From: an uncultured Myxococcaceae bacterium
Lineage (GTDB): Bacteria; Myxococcota_A; Polyangia; Polyangiales; Ga0077539
NCBI GenBank assembly: GCA_964447205.1
Contig: CAYUSB010000042.1
Location: 1,503 to 65,502, forward strand
Direction: 5' to 3'
Length of the DNA: 64,000 nucleotides
Of this stretch, positions 26,108 to 34,161 are shown piece after piece. The notes beneath the pieces are model-generated. The model was not told the DNA's origin. It saw only the letters and a list, made by a program, of their open reading frames with translations, and did not search any database. The position numbers and the translations under genes are program-made. How positions within the stretch are numbered: position 1 is the stretch's first letter; each line of letters begins with the position of its first letter.

Positions 26108-27183
26108 GCGTCGGGCCTCTCGGCCATGGCCTCCATGACCTCGTGCATCATCAGGACATAGGCCGCCCGTACAAAGCCCACATACCGCGGCGAGGAAAGA
26201 CCCGACGACCGCACGAGGGACTCGATCCCTCGGGTGGTCTGGTTCCAGGCGGAGGTGACGTCGGCGAGGGTCCAGTGGCCCGTGAGGACCGGGGTGGTGC
26301 GCTCGGAGCGGGCGTCGGCCTCGGCATCAAACCAGTCGTCCATCACCTGCACGAAGTACGACACGTCGTACATCCACGCCCGGGCTCCCTCGCCCGCGTA
26401 CCGGGCCACCGGGAAGAGCAGGCCGTCGATGGTCCCCTCGACCCCGGCCATACGATGCCCCAGGCCCGTCGGGTCGGGCTCGCCCCGCATGGCCCGAACC
26501 TCCGCCCGGATCCACAAGCTCACCCGCTCCATGGCCCGCACAAAAGCCTCTCGGTCGGACGGGTCGAGACACTCGGACATGGCTACGGCGAGGGCCCGGG
26601 TGAGGGCGAGAGGGGGGCTGTCGGGGGGGGAGGTTCCGGCGATGACGGCCTCGAGGCGGGGGCCGCGCAGGGCGGGGGGGTCGTCCATGCAGTGGTCGAG
26701 GGTGTGGTCGACCACGACGATGAAGGCCGCCACCAGGGCGATGCTGCGCTGCTGCTGGGGGTAGGCGAAGCGCCCGAGGAGCTGCATGGCCCCGCGTCCC
26801 AAGAGCCCGAGGGCCGTCGGAGGGAGCGGCAGGAGGTTGCCCGCCCCGGTGACCACCCGCACGAGGGGCGGGCGACGCGGGGCGCAGAGCAGGGCCGTGT
26901 ACGGGGCGGAGGCGTACAGATCGCAGGCCCCGATGCGGAGCTTGTCGGCGAAGGGGGTTCCGCGCAGGGCGGGCCAGTGGGCGTCGATGAGAGGGTCGAC
27001 GTGCAGGTCGAAGTGGCGCCGGGCGGTGGCTCGGATACCCGCTGCGAGGTGTCGTACGGAGGGGTCGGGGGTTCCCAGGAGAGCCCGCACCGCGGCCACG
27101 CGCTCGGGGCGCGGAGGGAGCGAGAGAGCGGCCTCTCGGCGCGCGCTGGGACGAGACCCGGACACCGCGCCGTTGAACCCCAT
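26104..27183 (-). CDS. Hypothetical protein (359 aa), first gene of the ArsA-pair operon
   Basis: MGFNGAVSGSRPSARREAALSLPPRPERVAAV...VVVDHTLDHCMDDPPALRG...MDDWFDAEADARSE. Weak Asp-rich motifs faintly recall isoprenoid-synthase metal-binding motifs but are degenerate. I make no family call. Confidence 0.5.
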   Translation of the reverse strand: MGFNGAVSGSRPSARREAALSLPPRPERVAAVRALLGTPDPSVRHLAAGIRATARRHFDLHVDPLIDAHWPALRGTPFADKLRIGACDLYASAPYTALLCAPRRPPLVRVVTGAGNLLPLPPTALGLLGRGAMQLLGRFAYPQQQRSIALVAAFIVVVDHTLDHCMDDPPALRGPRLEAVIAGTSPPDSPPLALTRALAVAMSECLDPSDREAFVRAMERVSLWIRAEVRAMRGEPDPTGLGHRMAGVEGTIDGLLFPVARYAGEGARAWMYDVSYFVQVMDDWFDAEADARSERTTPVLTGHWTLADVTSAWNQTTRGIESLVRSSGLSSPRYVGFVRAAYVLMMHEVMEAMAERPDA

Positions 27184-27258
27184 CCGTCACGCGGCGTCAA
27201 TGCGGGTCACGGGTTGACCCCGGACGGGATCGCACAGAGTCTCCGTCCACGGCACACC

Positions 27259-27708
27259 ATGACCTCCCCCTCCCCCACCACCGCCGATGCGGTGCTTGAG
27301 CATCTCTTCACCCACGCCAACCCCGACTCAGGGTCGCCCGCCCCGGCCCACACCGCCTGGGTGGTCTTCGCGCACGGCACGGTGTTCTACACCTTCCCCG
27401 ACGCCGAGCTGCCCGTGGACAGCGGGCGCGAGGCCCTCGTGGCCGCAGCCCTCAAGGCCTTCGAGGCCCTCGGCCCCGTGAGGGTGGGCACCCCCTCGGC
27501 GGACTTTCATCCGGGGCATCTGGCGACATGGTTTCCCGAGGCCCCCATCTACCTGGTGAACTACGATCAACCCAACATCGCCTCGGTCTTCTTCGCCGAG
27601 GGCGAGAGCCCCCTTCAGGTCGGCCTCGCCGCACGAAGCCTCCGTCAGCAAGACTACGAGACCCGCACCATCGTGGCCGTCCGCGACTTCCACGGCCGCC
27701 GGGTTTAG
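27259..27708 (+). CDS. Hypothetical protein (~150 aa), 15 bp upstream of the molybdopterin oxidoreductase gene
   Basis: MTSPSPTTADAVLEHLFTHANPDSG...PIYLVNYDQPNIASVFFAEGESPL with natural composition. It is likely co-transcribed with 27724..29979. Confidence 0.45.
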   Translation: MTSPSPTTADAVLEHLFTHANPDSGSPAPAHTAWVVFAHGTVFYTFPDAELPVDSGREALVAAALKAFEALGPVRVGTPSADFHPGHLATWFPEAPIYLVNYDQPNIASVFFAEGESPLQVGLAARSLRQQDYETRTIVAVRDFHGRRV

Positions 27709-27723
27709 TCCACCCTTGCGGGC

Positions 27724-29979
27724 GTGATGCCCCCTCCCGCCTCGACCGAAGCCGACACGCCCTGGCGCTCGACCGCGTGTGTCCTGTGCAGCATCAACTG
27801 CGGCATCGAGGTGCGCGTAGCCGAACGCGGCCTCGTCAAGATCCGCGGCGACCGCAAACACCCCGCCTCCCAGGGATACACCTGCGAGAAGGCTTTGCGC
27901 CTCGACCACTACCAGCGCGGCCCCCACCGCCTCGACACCCCCCTGCGCCGCCGCCCCGACGGCACCCACGAGGCCATCGACTGGGACACCGCCCTCGCCG
28001 AGATCGCCGCCCGCCTCGGGGCCATTCGCGACGCCCACGGAGGGGCCTCGATCTTCTATTACGGCGGCGGAGGCCAGGCCAACCACCTCGGCGGGGGGTA
28101 CGGGGCGGCCACCCGGGTGGCCCTCGGGTCGGTCTACACCTCCAACGCGTTGGCCCAGGAGAAGACCGGGGAGTTCTGGGTCGACGGGCAGCTCTTCGGA
28201 CGGCCCCGGTGCCACACCTCGGGCGACTTCGAACACGCCGAGGTGGCCGTCTTCGTCGGCAAAAACCCCTGGCACAGCCACGGGTTTCCGCGGGCCCGGG
28301 TGGTCTTGAAGGAGCTCGCCGCCGACCCCGCCCGCTGCCTCGTCGTGATCGACCCGCGCCGCACCGAGACCGCGGCCATGGCCGACCATCACCTCCAGGT
28401 GATCCCCGGAACCGACGCCTGGTGCCTCGCGGCCCTCGTCGCCGTGATCGTGCAGGAAGACCTCGCCGCCCACGCGTGGATCGCTGAGCACACCCGCGGC
28501 TTCGACGACGTGGCCGCGCACTTCGGGGCCGTCGACGTGCCCGCCTTCTGCGCCGTAGCCGGGGTGGCTGAAGCCGAAGTGCGGGCCGTGGCCCGACGCA
28601 TCGCCCGGGCCGCGAGCGTGTCGATCTTCGAAGACCTCGGGATTCAACAGGCTCCCAACAGCACCCTGTGCTCGTACCTGGAGAAGCTGGTCTACCTCCT
28701 CACGGGCCACTTCGCCCAACGCGGGGGCATGAACATCCACACCCGTCTCGCGCGCCTCAGCGGCGGAGGCGGAGGCGGGGGCGACCGACGGTCTCCCGTG
28801 ACGGGCCAACGCATCATCACGGGGCTCATCCCCGCGGCGGCCATTCCTGACGAGGTTCTGACCGATCATCCGCGGCGATTTCGGGCCATGATCGTCGAGA
28901 GCGCCAACCCCGCCCACTCTCTGCCCGACTCCGTGCGGATGCGCGAGGCCCTCGACGCCCTGGAGTGCCTCGTGGTGATCGACGTGGCCCTCACCGAGAC
29001 CGCCCGCCGGGCCCACTACGTGCTCCCCGCCCCGTCGCAGTACGAGAAGTGGGAGGCGGCCTTCTTCACCCTGGAGTTTCCACGAAACACCTTCCAGCTC
29101 CGGGCCCCCGTGATCGCCCCGCTCCCCGGAACCCTGCCCGAACCCGAGATCCACCGCCGCCTCGCCCGGGCCCTTGGGGCCTACACCGACGCCGACCTCG
29201 TCCCCCTGCACGAGGCCGCGGCCCTGGGGCGCGAGGCCTTCACGATGGCCTTCCTCGGGACCCTCTCCGCGCGGCCCGAGCTCACGCCCTACGCGGCCCT
29301 GCTGCTGTACGAGACCCTCGGCCCGACCCTCGGCCCCGGGCGCGAGGCCACCGCGGCCGTGTGGGGGCTCGCCCAGACCTGCTTCATGGCCTATCCCGAG
29401 AGCGTTCAGCGGGCCGGGCACGAGAGCGGCGACGCCCTCTTCGAGGCCATCCTCGCCCATCCCGAGGGGGTGACCTTTACGGTCGACCCGTACGAGGAGA
29501 CCTGGGCCCGGATGGACACGGCCGATGGGCGGGTTCGGCTGGCGGTTGCGGAGCTGTTGGAGGCCTTCGCGGCCCTGCCGTCGGCCCCGCCTGCGCGCGA
29601 CCCGGCCTTCCCCTTCGTGCTCTCCGCGGGCGAGCGCCGGACGTCCACGGCCAACACCATCTTCCGCGACCCGGGATGGCGCACGAAGGACCGTCACGGG
29701 GCCCTGCGCTTGAGCCCCGACGACGCCCGCGACCTTGGGGTGACGGATGGAGACCGGGTTCGGGTGAGCACCCGGCGGGGGAGCGCCGAGGCCGTGGTGG
29801 AGGTCACCCCCATGATGCGGGCCGGGCACGTCTCGTTGCCCAATGGGACGGGGCTCGATGGAGCCGACGGGGTTGTTGGGGTAGCTCCCAACGAGCTCAC
29901 CTCCAGCGCCGACCGCGACCCCATCGCGGGGACGCCCTGGCACAAACACGTCCCGGCCCGGGTCGAACGCGTGGCCTGA
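27724..29979 (+). CDS. Molybdopterin-dependent oxidoreductase (MopB superfamily; formate-dehydrogenase/assimilatory-nitrate-reductase-like), 751 aa with an N-terminal [4Fe-4S] Cys cluster
   Basis: CVLCSINCGIEVRV...YTCEKA gives the CxxCxxxC...C pattern. The molybdopterin-binding regions are present (IFYYGGGGQANHLGG, VVIDPRRTETAAMADHHLQVIPGTD), and there is a C-terminal MopB_CT-like beta-barrel (DGDRVRVSTRRGSAEAVVEVTPMMRAGHVSLPNG). I saw no in-frame TGA. Confidence 0.8.
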   Translation: MMPPPASTEADTPWRSTACVLCSINCGIEVRVAERGLVKIRGDRKHPASQGYTCEKALRLDHYQRGPHRLDTPLRRRPDGTHEAIDWDTALAEIAARLGAIRDAHGGASIFYYGGGGQANHLGGGYGAATRVALGSVYTSNALAQEKTGEFWVDGQLFGRPRCHTSGDFEHAEVAVFVGKNPWHSHGFPRARVVLKELAADPARCLVVIDPRRTETAAMADHHLQVIPGTDAWCLAALVAVIVQEDLAAHAWIAEHTRGFDDVAAHFGAVDVPAFCAVAGVAEAEVRAVARRIARAASVSIFEDLGIQQAPNSTLCSYLEKLVYLLTGHFAQRGGMNIHTRLARLSGGGGGGGDRRSPVTGQRIITGLIPAAAIPDEVLTDHPRRFRAMIVESANPAHSLPDSVRMREALDALECLVVIDVALTETARRAHYVLPAPSQYEKWEAAFFTLEFPRNTFQLRAPVIAPLPGTLPEPEIHRRLARALGAYTDADLVPLHEAAALGREAFTMAFLGTLSARPELTPYAALLLYETLGPTLGPGREATAAVWGLAQTCFMAYPESVQRAGHESGDALFEAILAHPEGVTFTVDPYEETWARMDTADGRVRLAVAELLEAFAALPSAPPARDPAFPFVLSAGERRTSTANTIFRDPGWRTKDRHGALRLSPDDARDLGVTDGDRVRVSTRRGSAEAVVEVTPMMRAGHVSLPNGTGLDGADGVVGVAPNELTSSADRDPIAGTPWHKHVPARVERVA

Positions 29980-30057
29980 ACCCCAGGGGCCCGGTCCGCG
30001 CAGGAGGGCCCACACGCCCAGGCTCGCACCGCGAGGGCGGAGGGCGGAGGGCGGAGA

Positions 30058-30242
30058 GCCGCAAGGGCGCAAGGGTCGCAAGGGCCAGACGGGAATTTTT
30101 TGGGGGGTCGGACAGGCGAGGGTCGGCGTTGGGGGAGTGGTATTGCACACGAGGGCACCGTCGCCAGCGCGACGTCGAGGGGGTTACGCCGCCCGATCCC
30201 CCCACAACACCTCGTTGCCCCTCGCGACCCTTGCGGCTTCGC
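30058..30242. repeat. Miniature inverted-repeat element, copy 3 (185 bp; shorter right arm)
   Basis: GCCGCAAGGGCGCAAGGGTCGCAAGGGCCAG ... CCCTCGCGACCCTTGCGGCTTCGC, preceded by GAGGGCG x3.5. It lies between a convergent gene pair. Confidence 0.55.
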
Positions 30243-30292
30243 TGTCGGTCACTCGTAGCCCGCAGCCGGGGAGATCCGCACCCGCCGCCCGG

Positions 30293-30697
30293 TCAGCGCA
30301 GAAGAGCCCACACCCCCCACCCGGTCTGGCCGATCCACAGGACGTGGGCCACCCGAACCCCGGCCCCCCAGCGCGGCGACAACGACGCCGCGATCGCGAG
30401 GAGCTCGAACGACCCGTAGCAGTACACATTGCCCCACGCGATGACCCGGGCATACGCCGGGGGCCACCCCAGGGCCACGAAGTTGAGGGCCGCGAAGAAG
30501 CCCGTCCCGATGATGGCCCACCAGAGCCACACCCTGCCGTATGGGCTGTGCCGGTAGGGCTCGTCGGGTGGGATCATCCGGGTCCAGCGGCGCAGGAGCC
30601 CGTCGGCGAAGCCCTCGTGCAGGGCCCCGACGAGGAGCCCCACGCCCAGGGCGTTGGCACAGCCGATCCAGGCGAGATAGAAGGACAGGGCGCTCAT
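30293..30697 (-). CDS. Small integral membrane protein (134 aa, about 4 TM)
   Basis: MSALSFYLAWIGCANALGVGLLVGALHEGF...WLWWAIIGTGFFAALNFVALGW... is hydrophobic with natural composition. It lies 55 bp downstream of the MVP-like gene on the same strand. Confidence 0.5.
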   Translation of the reverse strand: MSALSFYLAWIGCANALGVGLLVGALHEGFADGLLRRWTRMIPPDEPYRHSPYGRVWLWWAIIGTGFFAALNFVALGWPPAYARVIAWGNVYCYGSFELLAIAASLSPRWGAGVRVAHVLWIGQTGWGVWALLR

Positions 30698-30751
30698 GGC
30701 GAGCGAGGGTGGCGCCGGACCATGGGGCCTGTCCAGGGTGGGGGGAGTAGA

Positions 30752-33250
30752 TTACGCCTGCTCGGGTTCGAGGGCCCGCAGGGCGCTTGCCTCGGTGGGC
30801 AGCAGGCGCGCGAGGGAGGTCCCGTGCAGGAGCCGGGCGAGCACGGCCGCGACGCTCTCGCCGCCCAGAATGGCCAGGGGGGCCATGCTCTCGGCCACCT
30901 TGGCGGTCAGGGCCCGGTCGCCGAAGGCCTGCAGGGCCGCCACGAGGTCGGGCGAAACCGCCTGGGCCTTGTCGACCACGGCCCGAACCTCCGCCTGAAG
31001 CTCGGCCAGACGCTGGGCCTGGGCCTGCGCTTCCAGCCCCGCCTCGATCTCTCCGCGGGCCTTGACCCGCTGAATCTCGGCGGCGTGCACGAGGTCGAGG
31101 AGGCTCTGCTCGGCCGCGCGGACGGCCTTACGTTCGGCCTCCAGGGCGGCCTCGGCCTTGACCTCGGCGAGGCGCAAGACGTGGGTGTGGGCGTGCTCGT
31201 TCTGGCGCAGGGTGAGGTCGGCGAGGCGCGTCCCGGCCTGGAGCTCGGCCACCGTACGGCGGGTGGCCTCGGTCTCGCGGGTGAGCTCAAGCTTGCGGCG
31301 CTCGGCGGCCAGGGACAGGGCCTGCCGCACCGTGGCGTGCTGGGCCTCGAGCAGCATCTGGGCGATGTCGCCGTCCCCGAGGGTCACGTCGAGGACCTCC
31401 ACGTCGTAAACGTGCATCCCGTTCTCGTCGAAGAGGCGGCCGGGGCGTTTGCCCGCGTCGTCCTGCTTGCCCAGGATGACCTCGCGCAGGATGGCCGCGC
31501 TCTGCTCGTAGAAGGTCTCCACCCCCTGCTGCTTCACCGCGTGACGGATCAGCGACCGCAGGTGATCGGTAAGAAACTTGACGTAGTTCTCGACGTTGAA
31601 CCACAGGCCCGGGTCGCCCACGAAATTGACCCGGTACGACAGGAGGAGCCGCACCCGGCACAGGTCCCGGGTCTCGGCCTCGACCACGTCGGAGACCTTG
31701 TTGTTGAGCACCCGGAGGTAGGCCGTGCGGAAGAGCTCGACGTCCGTCTTGGGGGTTCCCGTGGAGAGTTCGAGGGCCTGGAGGGTCTCGTCGTAGGCGA
31801 GGAGGTGGGTGTGGGGCCCGACGATCACCCGCCGCTCGCCGCTGCGGTTGACGACCATCACCGCGTAGCCAGTCCACACCCCGATGGCCACGGCCCCGTC
31901 GTAGCGGGTGTCGAGCACGAGGGTGCGGGGTTGGGTGAAGGTCTGCCTGCGGCTGAAGTCATCGCCCGCGAAGGTCGCCGTGGGGGCCGGAGCCGACGCC
32001 GCCTGGGGGGCCCCCATGGGCAGGTCGGCCGCACGCCCCCGGGCCTTCTGAACCTCCTTGTCGGCGAGGTGCTCGCCCCCGCCCTTGCGCTTGAGCTCCT
32101 GGAGGCCTTGATTGACCGCCAGGGCCTCGGCGTTGCCCGGAAACCACAGGCCGACGGTGCGGGCGTCGAGGACCCTCCGCACGATGACCTCCCGCCGCGG
32201 ATCGGGCAGGAAGATCGAGGGCCCCCGCTGGAGCCGGATCTGCCCGCTGTTGCGGTCGAGGACGTAGCGCCCCTCGCCCGCGGGGATGGCCAGGGCGTAG
32301 TGGATCTCCTGGTCGCCGTACTTGACGATCGCGTGCTCGGGGCGCGGGAAGTAGATCATCTGGTCGCGGCCCGTGAGGAAGAGCTCGTCGCCGACCTTGT
32401 AGGCCCGGCCGTCCTCCTCGTAGGGGGCGATGACCTTGACGAAGATCCCGGAGTTCTCGTTGAGCTCCAGGGCCCGAAACTTCCGCCCCGACTCGCGCGC
32501 GATGACCGTCTCGGTGGGCCGCGGGAAGACCACCGCGGGGCCGCGCACGAAGCGCTTGTTGCCGTCTTCGTCGAGCAGGATGCAGTACTCGAGGCGCTCC
32601 AGGGTGATGGCCTCGCGCACGAACCGCTTCTGCTCGTCGGGGACCACCTCGATGCCCGTCGGGGGGATGTGGAAGCTCACCTCCGTGCCCCGGATGACGA
32701 GTTGGGCCCCCATGGTGAGGTCCTCGAGGCGCACCACGGGCTCGGTCCCCTCGGGCTCGCCCTCCTCCGCGGGGCGGGCGCGAAACACGGCGTCTTTCCA
32801 GTTCTTGCGGGCGGCCTCTTCGTCGTAGACGCGCACGACGAGGTACTGGTTGGAGCGGAGGTGGTGGCCCTGGATGACCCGCACCATCTGCCCGGGCCAC
32901 AGGGCGAAGCTGACGGGCCCCGGGGTGTTGACCTTGCGGCCCACCTCGAGGTCGGGGAGGTTGTTGAGGGCCCCGGTGCGGGGGTGGGATCCGTCCTTGG
33001 CTGGGTTCTTCAGGACGAGGTACCAACCCTCGGGGGCGACCGAGAGGGTCTGGGTGGCCTGCTCGAGCGAGCACCGATCGAACCGTTTGGTCTGGTCGTT
33101 GAAGACCACCGGGCGATCGGTGTTGGCCAGGCTGGTCTTGTGGGGCCCGACGTACACGTTGATGTTCCCCTTGGTCTCGTCCGAGATGAAGGCGAACTCA
33201 TTGGGGGCCAGGACCAGGTCGCGGGCCCGGTCACGATCGTTGTCTGCCAT
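30752..33250 (-). CDS. Major vault protein (MVP) homologue, 832 aa: N-terminal MVP repeats, SPFH/band-7-like shoulder, C-terminal cap-helix coiled coil
   Basis: The N-terminus (LAPNEFAFISDETKGNINVYVGPHKTSLANTDRPVVF) matches the first MVP repeat of human MVP as I recall it ([35 protein letters not shown]). Repeated beta-rich modules follow. A long C-terminal coiled coil (…RRKLELTRETEATRRTVAELQ…AQAQRLAELQAEVRAVVDK…) and the tail AVSPDLVAALQAF…LAILGGESVAAVLARLL resemble the MVP cap-helix and cap-ring segments. Confidence 0.8.
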   Translation of the reverse strand: MADNDRDRARDLVLAPNEFAFISDETKGNINVYVGPHKTSLANTDRPVVFNDQTKRFDRCSLEQATQTLSVAPEGWYLVLKNPAKDGSHPRTGALNNLPDLEVGRKVNTPGPVSFALWPGQMVRVIQGHHLRSNQYLVVRVYDEEAARKNWKDAVFRARPAEEGEPEGTEPVVRLEDLTMGAQLVIRGTEVSFHIPPTGIEVVPDEQKRFVREAITLERLEYCILLDEDGNKRFVRGPAVVFPRPTETVIARESGRKFRALELNENSGIFVKVIAPYEEDGRAYKVGDELFLTGRDQMIYFPRPEHAIVKYGDQEIHYALAIPAGEGRYVLDRNSGQIRLQRGPSIFLPDPRREVIVRRVLDARTVGLWFPGNAEALAVNQGLQELKRKGGGEHLADKEVQKARGRAADLPMGAPQAASAPAPTATFAGDDFSRRQTFTQPRTLVLDTRYDGAVAIGVWTGYAVMVVNRSGERRVIVGPHTHLLAYDETLQALELSTGTPKTDVELFRTAYLRVLNNKVSDVVEAETRDLCRVRLLLSYRVNFVGDPGLWFNVENYVKFLTDHLRSLIRHAVKQQGVETFYEQSAAILREVILGKQDDAGKRPGRLFDENGMHVYDVEVLDVTLGDGDIAQMLLEAQHATVRQALSLAAERRKLELTRETEATRRTVAELQAGTRLADLTLRQNEHAHTHVLRLAEVKAEAALEAERKAVRAAEQSLLDLVHAAEIQRVKARGEIEAGLEAQAQAQRLAELQAEVRAVVDKAQAVSPDLVAALQAFGDRALTAKVAESMAPLAILGGESVAAVLARLLHGTSLARLLPTEASALRALEPEQA

Positions 33251-33555
33251 CGCGGTGCCACCTCCCGCGGCGGAGTCTCACTGCATCGCCGCGCGGGCAG
33301 ACTCTAGGGGCACCCGACCCCCCTTGACCAGAGCGAGGGACACCGCGGGAGGGCCGCCACGAACCACGCAAAACGCCCATGGGACGCCCCGCTCACCATG
33401 ACTTTGTTGCACGGCCCGCAGGGTCGAGATTTCTCGATTGCGCACGCCGCGCCTTCTGTTTTAGGGCCCTGCGGCAGCGAGGCCACTGGGGCCTGTCGCC
33501 CTCCAGGCGGCGGGTCGGGTCCAGGGTCTGTTCGTCCTCTCAAGGGGTTTATCTG

Positions 33556-34110
33556 ATGAAGCGTAGGGTCCTCTCTTTTCCCTCTGGCCTCGGGGCCACC
33601 CTGGTCGTCGTGTCGTTGCTCGGCTGCGGTTCTGACCCGGCCCCTGCGACCGACGCGGGCACCACCACCGACACGGGCACCACCACCGACACGGGCAACC
33701 CCACCGACACGGGCAACCCTACCGACACGGGTCCGGCCACCGATGCCGGGGCGTCCCTGACGGGGCCGATGCTCGCCATGATGCGGGGCTGCAACAGCTG
33801 CCACCAGTCGCCCAATGCCGCCGACGGCGTCCTGTCGGGGCAGACCACCGCCCGCCCGATGACCATGGCCTACGGCTCCAACCTCACCCCCGACCCCACC
33901 ACAGGCCTCGGGGTGCGCACCGAAGACGAGCTCGTACGGACCCTGCGCGAGGGCGTCCGGCACGACGGGCGGCGGCTCTGCTCCGTCATGCCCCGCTACG
34001 CCATGATGCCCGAGCGGGACCTGCGCACCCTCGCCCGCTATCTGATAGGCCTGACCCCCGTCAACCGCGCCATCCCCGCCACGGTGTGCGCGACCGACGC
34101 TGGGATGTGA
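33556..34110 (+). CDS. c-type cytochrome lipoprotein (CNSCH haem-binding motif) with a Thr/Asp-rich linker
   Basis: MKRRVLSFPSGLGATLVVVSLLGCGS has a signal peptide and lipobox. A TTTDTGTTTDTGNPTDTGNPTDTG linker follows, then the CxxCH motif (GCNSCHQSP) and a downstream Met (MPRYAMMPE) as a likely sixth ligand. It is divergent from the MVP-like gene. Confidence 0.6.
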   Translation: MKRRVLSFPSGLGATLVVVSLLGCGSDPAPATDAGTTTDTGTTTDTGNPTDTGNPTDTGPATDAGASLTGPMLAMMRGCNSCHQSPNAADGVLSGQTTARPMTMAYGSNLTPDPTTGLGVRTEDELVRTLREGVRHDGRRLCSVMPRYAMMPERDLRTLARYLIGLTPVNRAIPATVCATDAGM

Positions 34111-34161
34111 TCCCTGCCGCGTGGGGTGGGCGGAAGTGAATCCCGCCCCCCCCACAAGCCG

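Noticed and set aside
26104-27183. Terpene-synthase / isoprenoid-synthase call for the first operon gene, based on Asp-rich motifs VVVDHTLD and MDDWFDAEAD
   Set aside because: The motifs do not match DDxxD or (N/D)DxxSxxxE well enough. No other supporting features.
27328-33307. Long ORFs antisense to the molybdopterin oxidoreductase (27328..30150, minus) and to the MVP homologue (30137..33307, plus)
   Set aside because: The opposite strands carry clear family motifs (MopB Cys cluster and MVP repeats). The antisense products are Gly/Arg-rich.
33251-33555. Sigma-54 (GG-N10-GC) promoters in this and other intergenic regions, searched because of the neighbouring enhancer-binding protein gene
   Set aside because: I found no convincing TGGCAC-N5-TTGC match by eye in the MVP/cytochrome divergent region or in the spacers at 45189-45302 or 50775-51104. 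It cannot be excluded without a matrix scan.
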